Below, in pieces: positions 1 to 12,172 of a stretch of 64,000 bases of DNA (within the stretch, counting starts at the first letter, position 1; the number at the start of each line of letters is the position of its first letter). Both the position numbers and the translations under genes were made by a program. A model generated the notes under the pieces. It saw only the letters and a list, made by a program, of their open reading frames with translations, ran no database searches and had not been told where the DNA came from. The stretch spans positions 133,054,001 through 133,118,000 of the forward strand of contig NC_086097.1 of assembly GCF_963921235.1 (NCBI RefSeq). Direction: 5' to 3'. This DNA is from Mobula hypostoma. Lineage: Eukaryota.

Positions 1-291
1 GAAATTCAGAAACAGCATTTTGACATACAGCAAGTGTCCTTGTCTTCTACGTGAGTCAGGGCTTAGATGTATGGCAAATGTTATGGCATATATGTCGTAG
101 AGTGGTTCTATTAGTAAGCATATTGATGAGTGTCCAGTGTGGCAAGAATGGAGTTTTTGATGTGTGCCATTATCAGCCATTCAAAATACTTAATAAACTG
201 CAGATGCTGGGGTCAAAGCAACACTCACAACTCGCTGGAGGAACTCAGCAGGTCGGGCAGCATCCGTGGAAATGATCAGTCAACGTTTCCA

Positions 292-560
292 CAGATGCTG
301 CCCGACATTCAAAACACTTCATGGTGATTGGTGTTAGTCCCACTGGGTAGTAGTCATTTAGATCTGAAGGTGGAGTTCTTGGTACAGGGATGATGGTGGC
401 TGAACTGAAGCATGTGAGGACAGCAGCCTGGATGAGTGAAGTGTTGAAAATGTCCATGAGATGTCAGTGAGCTGGTGTGCACTTAGCAGGATGTTGTCTA
501 GCTTTCCAGCCATACGACAGTTGACTTGCTGCAGAGTCCTTCTCACATCTGCTGCAGACA
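292..560 (-). mobile_element. Rex1/Babar-type LINE reverse transcriptase fragment
   Basis: ORF 245..457(-) reads [38 protein letters not shown], the N-terminal RT region typical of this clade. Confidence 0.75.
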
Positions 561-909
561 ATATACTCACCAATGAAGAACACCAAAGTAATAGGTGTAG
601 AGAATTCCAGAAAACTTAGAAGTTTAGTGAAAATAAATTTCTCCTCATTTTAATCCTATATGACTGCCCCTCATCCTGAAACCGCCCTCTCATTCCACCT
701 TCTTGTCCTGAAAAAAAAACTTCTCTGCAACTTCCCTTTTTGAATCTTATGTAAGAAAGTTCTTGTCAAATCTTGTCTCAATGCAGTCAAGTCTAGGTCT
801 TCTAAATCCCAGGACGTTCACCTTCAATCTCTCCTCGCATTCTCTCTTCATTTCCAGAAATGACCCATGGAACCCTTCTATACAACAAAATGGGCTTGAA
901 TGCTATTGA

Positions 910-1770
910 AGTTCAAAGTTTAAGGTAAAATTTATTATCACCACATACAACCCTGAGATTCTTTTTCTGCAGGCATACTTAGTGAATCTATAGAACAGTA
1001 ACTGTAAACAGGATCTGTAAAAGTAAACATCAGAAACTGTAAACAAACTGTGCAAATGCAGATAGTAAATAAATAGTAATAAATAATGAGCAAGAAATAA
1101 GATAAAAGAGTCCTTAAATGAATATTATTATCCCCTTTTCTTTAAGAGTTTGATGGTTGAGGGGTACTTTATACTTTATACTTTATTGTCGCCAAACAAT
1201 CGATACTAGAATGTACAATCATCGCAGCGATATTTGATTTTACACTTCCCGCTCCCTGGATTACAAATTGATAGTATATATTAAAAATTTAAATTATAAA
1301 TCATAAATAGAAAATAGAAAAATGGAAAGTAAGTTAGTGCAGAAAAAAAACCGAGAGGCAGGTCCGAATATTTGGAGGGTACGGCCCAGATCCAGGTCAG
1401 GATCCATTCAGCAGTCTTATCACAGTTGGAAAGAAGCTGTTCCCTGTTCTTGATCCTGGTGGTGTGAGTTCTGAGCTAGCTGTACCTTCTACCTGATGGG
1501 AGCAGAAAGAAAAGAGCATGGCCTGGGATGTGAGGATCTTTGATGATAGATGCTGCTTTTCTATGGCAACATTTCATGCAGATGTGCTCAATGGTTGGGA
1601 GGGTTTTACCTGAGTACTAGACCGAATCAACTCCCTTTTGTAGGATTTCCCTCTCAAAGGCATTGGTGTTCCCATACCTGGCCATAACGCAGCCAGTCAG
1701 CACACTTTCCACTACACATCGACAGAAGTTTGCCAAGGATTTTGAAGACATGCCGAATCTTCACAGACTC
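910..1770 (-). mobile_element. LINE 3' end (Rex1/Babar-like), interrupted by a second LINE tail at about 1166-1443
   Basis: Starts aagttcaaagt..tttattatc..accctgagatt, which recurs at about 4140, 50720 and 61940. The inner insert begins with a repeated tacttta tail. Confidence 0.55.
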
Positions 1771-2869
1771 ACTGTAACAAGGTAGGCATTCATCTTTTTT
1801 CTGAGAACCGCCTCTAAGGCAAAGGTTCTTTTCTCAATTACAGAGCCCGGGTTACACGGGGTACAGTAATAACTGTGACTAGTTGCAGAATGTAAGTCTC
1901 CTTGTTATGAAAGAGGCCAACATGTATGCTCTCCTAGTTACGTATTATAGTATTAGGTGTACTTGTTACATTTCATGAACTAACTTCCTTTACCCAGAAC
2001 CTTCCAGACACTAATACTTGCTCAAACATCGGACAAAGAACAGTATAGCTCAGGAAAAGGCCTTTCAGCCCATTCTATCTGACAGATTTTGCCACTGAAT
2101 TATCAGGTAAAGTCTGTTAATAATTCAATGTACAGTGCAAACATGTTTATACCAACAAACTTTAATTTCCTTCTGGCTGTAGGGCAGTCAGCCATTCATC
2201 TTTCCTAAGGGGGACCAGAACCAGAATGTGCTGTACCCCCCCTTGTGCCTCACACTGTTAATATTGATGCACAGTGTATTGATATTTCATGGAGACGATA
2301 TGACAGATTATGGATGCCAACATTCTTTTAAGATGAATAAGCAGAGAATTCATTTGCCAGCCCAGAACTGAAGGAAAGACAGACCACATAATTCACAGCA
2401 GACAATCGATTGTACAGCACAGTCAATTTATTCAGTGCATTGTCTCTTTGAAGAGCAGGTAAAGATATCTATGACAATTTATCACAGGAAAAATAGGGTA
2501 ATATTTCTCTGCAATGCAGTAAATGGAAGACAGTTACACAGTGAAGAATCTATTGGAGAAGCACAGCAGGGTAAGCAGGGTAAGCAGCATATGTAGGTGG
2601 GAAGGACTTGTCCAATGTTTCAGATCAAAACGCTGCAGCAAGACTCGAGACTTTCCCATTCACTTGCCGAGTTCCTCCAGCAGATTGTATGCTGCCAAGT
2701 CCGACAGGGGAATAACCAAATTATCTGTAGTCTGGCTATGATGTAGATATATTCTGTGCCCTTAAAGAAAAGCAATCAAATAATCTCACAGTCCGGGATG
2801 GTAATTGGCCCATCAACTATGCGATGCGCTTTGATTAGCTGCCCGATTCTTCCTACTGTCTGGCTTTTT

Positions 2870-3545
2870 AAAAAGGTCTTCCCTTCATTAGTGAGACCTG
2901 CCGTAGATTGGAGGATTGCTTTGTCGAACACCTCCGTTCCATCCACAAAAGGCAAAATATGCCGATGGCCAACCATTTTATTTCCAATCCCCATTCCCAT
3001 TCCACCATGTCAGTCCATGGCCTTCTCTTCTGCCACAATAAAGCCACTCTCAGGCTGGAGGAGTAACACCTCATATTCCGTCGAGATAGCCTTCAACCTG
3101 GTGGCATGAACATCGGTTTCTCCAATTGATGGTAATTTTATTCCACTTCTTCAATTCCCGATTCTGACCTCTTTCCTCTTGAGCTCACTTCCCTATCACC
3201 TCCCCCTGGTCTCCCTCCTCCTTCCCATTCCACCATGGTCCACTCTCCTTTCTTAATAGATTCCTTCTTCTCCTGTCCTTCACTTTTTCCACCTATCACC
3301 TCCCAGCTTCATACTTCATCTGCACCCAACCCATCTGGCTTCACCTATCACCTTCTGACTTGCCCTCTTTCCCCTCCCCCACCTTATTTTGGCATCTTCC
3401 TCCTTCCTTTCCAGTCCTGAGGAAGGGTCTCTGCCCAAAACACCAACTGTTTATTCATTTCCATAGATGCGGCCTGACCTATTAAGTTCCTCCAACATTT
3501 TATGTGTGTTGCTCTGGATTTCCAGTATCTGGTGAATCTCTTATG
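2870..3545 (+). mobile_element. Penelope-like element 3' fragment (decayed GIY-YIG, pyrimidine tract, terminal hammerhead motif)
   Basis: Aligns by eye with the GIY-YIG region at 36251-36622 (gagacc..cgtagattgg, cccattccc..catgtcagtccatggcc, caacctggtggcatgaacatc). Ends in the common ctgacct..ttcctcc..cattt..tgtgtgttgctctggatttccag terminus. Confidence 0.8.
3412..3449 (+). ncRNA. Decayed minimal hammerhead ribozyme motif
   Basis: cagtc-CTGAGGA-agggtctctgccc-AAAA-cacc-aactg; GAAA and the cleavage triplet are mutated. Confidence 0.55.
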
Positions 3546-4999
3546 GTTACAATTTATTCAATATATTTTTGCATTAATTTCCATATTTTTTGTCAGTCCT
3601 TCCTAGGGCAAAATGTTTCATTGCATGAAACATTTACCCTACAGTCCTCCCTGTTCATATTTTCTTTTACAATTAGTTTAAACCTCTGTCCTCTAGTCAC
3701 AGAGGCTCCAAGTTGATGCAAGGAGAAGTGGACCTGTCTAGGATTCACAATGCGAGCAACAATTACTTTTAGTTAATCCTATTGTCCTCATCCATTTTTA
3801 CTGTAACATGTATGTTTGGAGCCTGAAGCAATTTGCAAACTGCAGAAACTTATAAACCAGTCAGAATAGTGTGTCACTTGAAAGAAGATGGTGTCCCTCC
3901 ATTCCTACTGCATGGTCTGCAGGGACTGATGGTAATAATTTGAAGGCTGAGGAAACCTGGTCCATCAAATCCAAGTGTAAGGCTGGTTACTTTTACTGGT
4001 GTACGTTCCTGGTGAGTCACATTATCCAAAACCTCAACTACTCTGTGTTTTTGCAAAAAGTCTATTCTCCAGATATACTACCTTCCTGTACCATGCAGAA
4101 CAGGAGTTGATTCAATGGCATACAATGTCATTAATCTTCAAGGTTCAAAAGTTCAAAGTCTAAAGTAAATTTAAGATCAAAGTACATGTATGTCACCATA
4201 TACAGCCCTGAGATTCATTTTGTTGTGGGTCTCTGATACTCAGATGCTTTGGGTCAATGAGACTGTTCCTGTGCTGTGCTGTTCTGTGTTCTGAGTTCTG
4301 TGCTCTAACCATGCACAGCCTGGCCAATCACTTTGAACGGTGCTTTTCCCGGCCAAGCCCTTTAGCTCCATAATTCTCTCCACTGCTTCTCCAGCTCTTT
4401 CCACAAAGATGCCCACCTCTCTGATCAAGATCTAGCATCTCCTCATGTGACCCAGTGTCAAATTCCATTTGTAAATGTTACTGAGGAGTGCCTCAAGACA
4501 CTTTACTAAGTGAAAGAGATGATATAAATTCAAGTCGGTACAATAAAAAAATAAACAAACAAACAAATAAATAACAAGGCTGCCCCTATAACCTTTTGCT
4601 GTAATACTGACAAGCCTCCATTTACTGCCTGCATCTATTGAGTGTGTTTTTTATTGCAAAGACCAAGAAACATCTAGCGCACGATGCACCAAACCACATT
4701 ATTAAGAATCTATTCATCTTTGCATACAAGTGACATTTAGAACACCTAAGTAGAACTTTTCAGATTCAGCGTTTTAGATAGAACTTATTATGGGTCTGAA
4801 TAATGCTATTCCCTGCTTTCATAACTGCTTACAGAAGTGATTGTTGTTATTATTCTCCGAACACATAATGCAGATGATTAAGGAATGTGTGGAGAAGGTG
4901 TGGGAAATAGTGCAGCTTCAATTGGAGAGCTAGCACACGCTCAATGTGCCTAATGACATCCACTGCTGTATTAATCCATGGTCCTGTACTATTAGAGGG

Positions 5000-5725
5000 C
5001 AATTATTGGTATACAGAGTGACCTTAGGGTGCATGTTCATATTTCTGTGAAAATTACCGCACAGGCTGATAGGGCGGTACAGAAGGCATATGGAATGCTT
5101 ACTTTTATTAGTCAGGAAGCTGTGTTACAGCTTTATAAAATTCTGGTTAGGCCACATCTGAAATATTGCATTCATTTCTGGCCACCCTATTATAGGAAGG
5201 ATGTGGAGGCTTTGGAGAAGGTGCAGAAGAGACTTACCGGCATGCTGCCCAGATGAGAAGGGATGTGCTACTAAAAGGGATGAACCGAATTGGGTTGTTC
5301 TCTGTGGCATGGCAGAGGCTAGGGAAGACCTGGTAGACAGACATTTATAAGATTATGCGGGGCTTGGACAATGTAGGCAATCAACATCGTTTCCTCAGTG
5401 TCAAGATATCTAATAGTAGAAGGCATGCATTTAAAGTGAAAGGGGAAAAATTCAAAGGAGTTCTGAGGGGAAAGTCTTTAACACAGGGTTGTAGGGGTCT
5501 GGAATGTTCTGCCAGGAGTGGTGGTGTCGTCAGGTAGAAAAAAAAGTGTTTACGATGCTCAGACATTCACATAAATATGCAAAGAATAGAGGAATATGGA
5601 TGTGTAGGTAGAAGGGATTAGTTTGGTATGCTTTTAATAGCTAGTTTAGTTAGTAAGGAAAAAACTAATTAAACTAGTTAGGGGCTGTTTCTGTGCTGTA
5701 CTGTGTGTTTTACGTTCTACGTTCT
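5000..5725 (+). mobile_element. CR1 LINE 3' fragment
   Basis: ORF 5029..5256 KAYGMLTFIS..LYKILVRPHLKYCIHFWPPYY; ends with ctgtgctgtactg..ttctacgttcta tail. Confidence 0.9.
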
Positions 5726-6184
5726 ATTTTTTTTATTAGAGGACTAGCTTCTATTGATAAAACAAATCAACTGCATCCTTAAGGGAGACCCTGAGCTTCC
5801 AGTCACTGGTCACTTTAATTCTCCATCCCACTCTAACCTCTCTATCACTGATCAACAACACATTATCACTGAGTCCAAATATAATTAAGAGGAAGAACAC
5901 CTACTAGGGTCGTTACAGCCAACATGACTCAGCAATGAATCTTACAATTTCAGATATTGAAGCAAAGGAACTGCAGGTAATGGAGGAACTCCAGTCCCAA
6001 TATGAATTACTGACTATCTCTGTCCACCACAGATTCTGAACAACTCAAATTTATTGTCCCAGCCATAAATAAACAGGGTATGACAGCCATGAAAATGATC
6101 TCATAGCAGCACCAGTATGGTACAGCACAAACATGGCAAAATATGTAACATAAACATAAAGATGTAAATAAATATGTGATACAA

Positions 6185-7028
6185 CACTGAGTCATATCAT
6201 CTGCAGATGAGTGTGTAAAGAGAGGATGGGAGGATGAATACAGGGTCTTGGTGGAGGACTTTCTCAAATGGTACAAGCTGAATCATCTACAGCTCAACAT
6301 TAGTAAGATAAAGGAGATGGTGATGGATTTTTGGAATACTAAGCCGGCATTGCTCCCCTACTGACAGCGAGGACATGGATGTGGTGAGGACCTACAATTA
6401 CCTGGAGGTGCACCTGGATGACAGATTTGAGTAGAGCACCAACACAGAGGTTGTGTACAAGAAGGGTCAGAGTCGCCTCTACTTCCTAAGACTGAAGTCC
6501 TTTGGAGTATGCAGGCCTCTCCTTCATATGTTCTACCAGTCTGTTGTCACCAGTGCAATCTTCTATGCAGTGGTGTGCTGGGACAATGGCATCAACACAG
6601 GTGATGCCAAGAGGCTCAATAAACTGATTAGAAAGGCTGGCTATGTTATAAGTGTCAAAATGGACACACTGAAGGCTGTGGTAAAACAAAGGACCCTACA
6701 GAAAATCCTGGCAATTCTGGACAATGTTTCTCACCCTTTGCATGTCTCCTTGGCTGAACAGAGGAGCACGTTTAGTAATAGACTAAGACAACTGCACTGC
6801 TCCAAAGAGCATTACATGAGGTCATTCTTACCCTTGCCCAATCAACCTATAGCCAGGGAAGTGATAACCCCGCTCCTGTTAGACTGTTTGAGGTAACTTA
6901 TTTTTTATTCTTTCTTAGTTTTCTTCTAATGTTTGTATATTTGTTATATCTGTGATTGTGATGCTGCTGTGACACTGTAATTCCATTTGTGATCAATAAA
7001 GTATCTATCTATCTATCTATCTGTCTAT
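6185..7028 (+). mobile_element. Rex1/Babar-type LINE 3' fragment
   Basis: ORF 6453..6896 KKGQSRLYFLRLKSFGV..FYQSVV..CW..SHPLH..RSFLP; ends caataaag followed by a (tatc)n tail. Confidence 0.85.
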
Positions 7029-7780
7029 TAGTATAATTTATTGGAGTTCCTCTCGCAGCTTGATTTTTTTCTCTCTTTTTATAGCAGATACCAGCTTCCC
7101 CTGCTGGTGTCAGAGCAAGCCAGTTTTGATGGAAAGTCAGCCCCGTGCAACATTAATTCAGTTCTTTTCTCTCTCCACAGATGCGGTCTGATATGCTGAG
7201 CATTCCCAGCATTTTCTCTGCAGTCAGTTCTATGCTCCCCATCTTACAGTCTGAGCAAGCTTTCTTTGGCTCTCTGGGTGTCCTTTTCCTTCACGCTCTA
7301 CTTATCCTCCTCCAAATAAATTAATTAATCAGCACTAAAAACAATCTGATCACCAGCCAAGACATTCCCTTTGTTATCTCTGCTCGTTTCTCCTCTCTAC
7401 GACTATAAACATTTCTCCAGTTGCAATGAAAGTTCATTAACCTGAAATATTCTCTGTTTTCTCTCTACATAGAAGCTTCCAGACTTGCTGAGTATCTCTT
7501 TTATTTTGGATTTCCAACATTTACAATCCCCAAACCTGTCTGACAAACCTTTTGGAGAACTTCAGGTCCTCGACCACAGAAATTCCAATTTTGTGGATGC
7601 ACAAAGTGGGATTTGGTGCAAGTTTAGATATAGTGTGCAGAGGTTTATAAAAACTTCAATTATAGAAGGTTTTACTGTTTGTGGGATCTTGCTGTGCCCA
7701 ATTTAGATGCAGAGTCTCTGACAGCATGTCAGAGACAAATGTTCCTAATGCTGAATTGCTTAGGAATTCGGTGTGCTGTA

Positions 7781-8245
7781 CGAGGGGTGATGATAGGTTC
7801 GTGGCCTAAGGTAGAAGGAGATGAGTTATTAACTTCAGACTTCCTGCATTTTCACTCAAAGAGTTGAACTGCACATGTATGTAACAACAGCATCTTGGAC
7901 CTCCAGGTGGTCCACAGCAGGGGTGATTGGTAAGTTTGTGGCCTAAGATAGAAGGAGATGTGTTATACAGCTCTCGTTACATGCACGTGCCATTCAACTC
8001 TTTGAGTGAAAATGCAGGAAGTTTGAAGTTGCTCCTCATCTCCTTCTACTTTATGCCACAAACTTATCAATCACCCCTGCTGCGGACCACTTCTGGAGGT
8101 CCAGGACGCCGACTTCTACAAAGAAGGGATCCGGATGCTCCACGACCGCTGGACTAAGTGTGTAAATGTAGGAAAAATAAATGTGCTAGGTTTTCTAAAA
8201 TTGACTCCTTCTACCCTAGGCCACAAACTTATCAATCACTCCTCG
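7781..8245. mobile_element. Tc1/mariner-type MITE with internal extra TIR copies
   Basis: Flanked by TA (7779-7780, 8246-8247). Roughly 40-bp TIR cgaggggtgatgataggttcgtggcctaaggtagaaggag versus ctccttctaccctaggccacaaacttatcaatcactcctcg. Confidence 0.8.
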
Positions 8246-9198
8246 TAGAAGCTGTAAGAGGCACAATCTTCATGGAATTCTTTGTAAACTATTAATAAGA
8301 TCTTTCCACTTTAAATTTAATTTAGCCAATTTAAGCTTTCACAATGTCCTACACTTCAGCTAGGAAGTGTAATCCGATCCCAGAATCTGGATCATGGTCC
8401 AGCGTAGAGCAAGTGTCAATCCTAGTGTGTGGATTAATCGTTTCTGCAATTCCATGGTCACCTGCCTGCACACAAATTGCTGGAAACACTCAACAGGCAG
8501 GCTGCATCTGTGGAAAGAGAAACAGACCTGCTGAATGTTTCCGGCATTTACTTTATGTCAGATTTCTAGCATTTACAGTCCCTTTTTACAAAAGGTGGAC
8601 ATGGGGTATTGGCAAGGTCAAAGCCAAAGGTGAGTTTACTGTCATATGCACAAGTACATGTGTGCACAAATGTAATGAAAAACTTCCTTGCAGCAGCAAC
8701 ACAGGCACATAGCATTATAAGCAATATTCACAGGAAAAGATACAAATTATACACAATTTTTACAAGAATGAACACACAGACAACAAAAATCTATTTTAGC
8801 ACAAAGTGATTAATGTGTCCATAGTGTTGGCAAACTGTGGGTGATTAAGGTTTTGCCGGCTGGTTCAAGAACTGAATGGTTGAAGGGAAGTAGCTGCTTT
8901 TGAAGCTAGTGGTGTAGGACTTCAGACTTCTGTATCTCCTGCCGAATGGTAGCTGTAAAAAGATAGATATTGTCTTCTTGAGGCAACGCTTCCTGCAGAT
9001 ACTACTGATGGTGGGAAGGGATGTGTCTGTGGTGTATTAGGCACCGTCCTCTACTCTTTGTGGCTTTTAACATTCCTGTGCTATCAATTTGCCATACCAA
9101 ACCATAATGCAACCAGACAGGATACCTTCAACAATACATCTGTAGAAGTTTGCTCTAAACACAAAAGATACTGCAGATGCTGGAAATCCAGAGTAACA

Positions 9199-9948
9199 CA
9201 GTGGTCCCCAAGCACCGGGCCGCGAAGCATGTGCTACTGGGCCGCGAGGAAACGATATGATTTGGGGATATGAAACAATATGAGTCAGCTGCAGCTCTCC
9301 TCGTTCCTTGTCATGCACTTTTGAACTTCAACATACGGTTGCCAACTGTCCCGTATTAGCCAGGACATCCCGTATATTGGGCTAAATTAGTTTGTCCCAT
9401 ACGGGACCACCCTTGTCCCGTACTTCCCCCACTAAGGTACAGCATTCCTATGAAACCTTTTGTGCCGAAATGATGTAAAGTGAAGAAGCAATTACCATTA
9501 ATTCATATGGGAAAAATTTTTGAGCATTCCCAGACCCAAAAAATAACCTACCTATTCATACCAAATGACACATAAAACCGAAAATAACACTAACATATAG
9601 TGAAAGCAGGAATGATATGATAAATACACAGCCTATATAAAGTAGAAATAAGGTATGTACAGTGTAGTTTTACTTAACAGAATTGGGAAGATTAAGCCAA
9701 AACCGATTTGTAGAAAAAAAATCAGCACGTACACGCATGTGCACACAGGTGCCCACGCAAGGCTTCATAGTCATGGTAGTCTTTCTCAGAGTAAACACGT
9801 GTCCCGTATTTAATGGCTACTTTTGTCCCTTATTTGGGAGTGAGAAAGTTGTCAAACCTACTTGAACACCCCCCTCCACCCCCGTCGGCTGCAAGAATAT
9901 TGTCAATATTAAACCAGTCTGTGGTGCGACAAAGGTTGGGGACCTCTG
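9199..9948. mobile_element. hAT (Charlie/Buster-type) MITE
   Basis: TIR CAGTGGTCCCCAA / TTGGGGACCTCTG; exact 8-bp TSD GAGTAACA (9191-9198, 9949-9956) with central TA. Confidence 0.9.
9334..9860. mobile_element. hAT MITE, TAGGGTTGCCAAC family
   Basis: TIR tacggttgccaac / gttgtcaaaccta; TSD CTTCAACA / CTTGAACA; reverse-oriented relative of 15029-15463. Confidence 0.85.
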
Positions 9949-11524
9949 GAGTAACACAAAAATTGCTGGATGAACTCAGCAGGTCAGGCAGCATCTATGA
10001 AGAGGAATAAAGAGTCGATGGTTCGGGATGAGACCCTTCATCAGGTTTAGTAAAGAGCTTTGACCCAAAACGTTGACTTTTTATTCCTCTCCATAGATAC
10101 TGCCTGACCGGCTAAGTTCCTCCAGCATTTTGTGTGTGTTACTGTAAACATTTGTTAGAGTATTTGATAACTAGCCAGACTCCTTAACTTCCTAAGAAAG
10201 CAAAGACTTTTTAGCTCCATAGCTAGAGAAGTTGAAAGGATCTTTTGTATACATGTTGATAAGGTAAGCGCTATTCACCCCTTATTCTCCAATTTGGGAA
10301 ATGGAGCAATTCCAAAATTATTCCCATTTTATGGTTTCTGGGGGAAAAAACTGCAGGAATCTAAACAGAAGTGTCAGAGTCAAGCAGCATCTGTGGCAAG
10401 AGATGCAAAAGACCACAGAGGCTGGAATCTGGAGCAACAAACAGTCTGCTGGAGGAACTCAGCAGACTGAACTGGGGGAAGGAGTGTTAATGGCTTCATG
10501 TTGAAACTCTTGAAGTCCTAATGCAGAGTTTTGACAAAAACTTAACAATTCCTTCCCTCCCATCTGGTGATATTTAACCAGTTAAGAAAAAACATTTAAC
10601 TCTTCAGTTCAAAGACCCTTCATCAGAACTGACCCAAAACATTAACAGATTTCTCTTTCAACTGATGTTGATTGACTGGCAGACTTATTCCATCTTTTCT
10701 GTTTTTATGTATGATTTCTGCAGGATATTTCTCATATATTTAGTTCCAAGTTCTTATACTTGTGTTACATAGACTATGCCACACGAGTATTCTACCCCAC
10801 CACTATGTCAACTTTCCATGGGCCAGCATAAATCTCTGAGCAATGACATGAGAGGACCATTATTTCGTCATTAAAAATTTTGAGATCTTTCATACTGTCC
10901 CAGAAGTAATGACTTTTTAAACAGTAATATCTAGAATTGTGTCATTTTTAATTTTAATAAAATGACCTTTTAAAAAATGCCTCCCACCATAAGAGGACAC
11001 AAACTTATCTTAAATATCCATTTAGATGTTGGTGGCAGGACACAGTCTCCACGGAAACCTTTACAGAGAGCAAAGATCACCTCTTGTTGATATTGCTATA
11101 TAATATTTGTCAATTATTGAATATTCTGTTTTTCATGTATTACTATATTTTAAAGGAAAGAAAACACTGTAAGTTATTATATTTTGTCAAGATATTTTAT
11201 AATAAATTTATTTTTGACCATATTGTTGATGTTGAATTGAAAATGTAATCTCCATACCATTTGAAAAAATTGCTTCTGGGCAAAAAAAAAATTATATCCA
11301 CTCTTTGACAATTACTTTCTTTGCATTTGACAAATTGAGCAAAAATTTAGAGTCTTTCTCCAAGTATTTCTGAGACAAGATCACAAAAGACTTGCAGTTA
11401 TATTCAAGTAGCTTAGGAACATGGCGGCTATTTAGGCACTCTTGCATCCTCTGTGGAGGAAGATTCACACTTACAGACTGCATTTTGTCCTCATGACGTT
11501 GCCCGAAGGATTCAGAGGTGTACA

Positions 11525-11850
11525 TGTTGCCCATTGTAATACTAGAAACACAGCAGCCAAATGCACATAGCTGCAATGTGATAACGGCTAGATGGATTAT
11601 CAAGGTAAATGATTTTCAGGGATAAATATTGTCCAGTGGCCTCTAGGGAGAAGTTCTTTACTCTTCTCCAGCATAGTAGCATTGGATGGCTTAGGTCTAC
11701 CTGAGTGGACATGCTTGGTTTAAAGTCTTATCTGAAGGAAAATACGTTACTCCCTCAGGATTGCTTGGAAGTGTCAGTTTGGATTTTTGTGCTTAACTCA
11801 CCAGACTGGGACTCGCAACCTTATGGCTCAAAGGCAAGAGGGCCAACAGA
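11525..11850 (-). mobile_element. Old SINE resembling Deu-domain (SacSINE1-like) SINEs
   Basis: Contains gaaacacagcagccaa..gcaatgtgataa..gggataaatattg..gtgtcag..gatttttgtgct..gggact, matching the family as I recall it. Related remnants at about 19360-19600, 44460-44570 and 61670-61760. Confidence 0.5.
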
Positions 11851-12134
11851 TGGAGTACGGCCAATTCCTCGAATGATTGGAAATAAGGTGGTGTGAAGTT
11901 TTGTCTATGGTGTCGGTATTGATAATGGTTTGTTATTGTCACATGTACCCAAATACAGTGGAAAGCTTTTATTTTCATGCCATCGAGAACATGCCATACA
12001 TTGAGATAATGAAAAAGGAAACAATAAAGTGTTAAACACAAGAGATTCTACAGCTGCTGGAAATCCAGAGCAACACACACACAAAATGCTGGAGGAACTC
12101 CACAGGCCAGGCAGCATCTACAGAGTGAATTAAA

Positions 12135-12172
12135 CAGTCGACATTTTGGGCCAAGACCCTTCATCAGGACCC
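12135..12172 (-). ncRNA. Decayed minimal hammerhead ribozyme motif
   Basis: Minus strand gggtc-CTGATGA-agggtcttggccc-AAAA-tgtc-gactg; the changes are consistent with CpG decay. Confidence 0.6.

Larger units (their letters stand above)
9157..10145. mobile_element. Palindromic Penelope-terminus-derived element (left arm interrupted by MITEs)
   Basis: After removing 9199-9956, the left arm (to about 10045) is the reverse complement of the right arm 10050-10145. Confidence 0.75.

Noticed and set aside
571..707. Minus-strand exon-like segment with good splice sites
   Set aside because: The sequence is a decayed CR1 3' fragment.
2183..2458. Exon candidates in unique DNA (for example GPEPECAVPP..LWMPTFF*)
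   Set aside because: Several frames and both strands are equally plausible, and phases do not fit neighbouring candidates.
11508..11603. Apparent + strand exon DSEVYMLPIV..RWIIK with a GTAAAT donor, and the 103-aa minus ORF
   Set aside because: It overlaps an old SINE whose sequence recurs elsewhere in the window.
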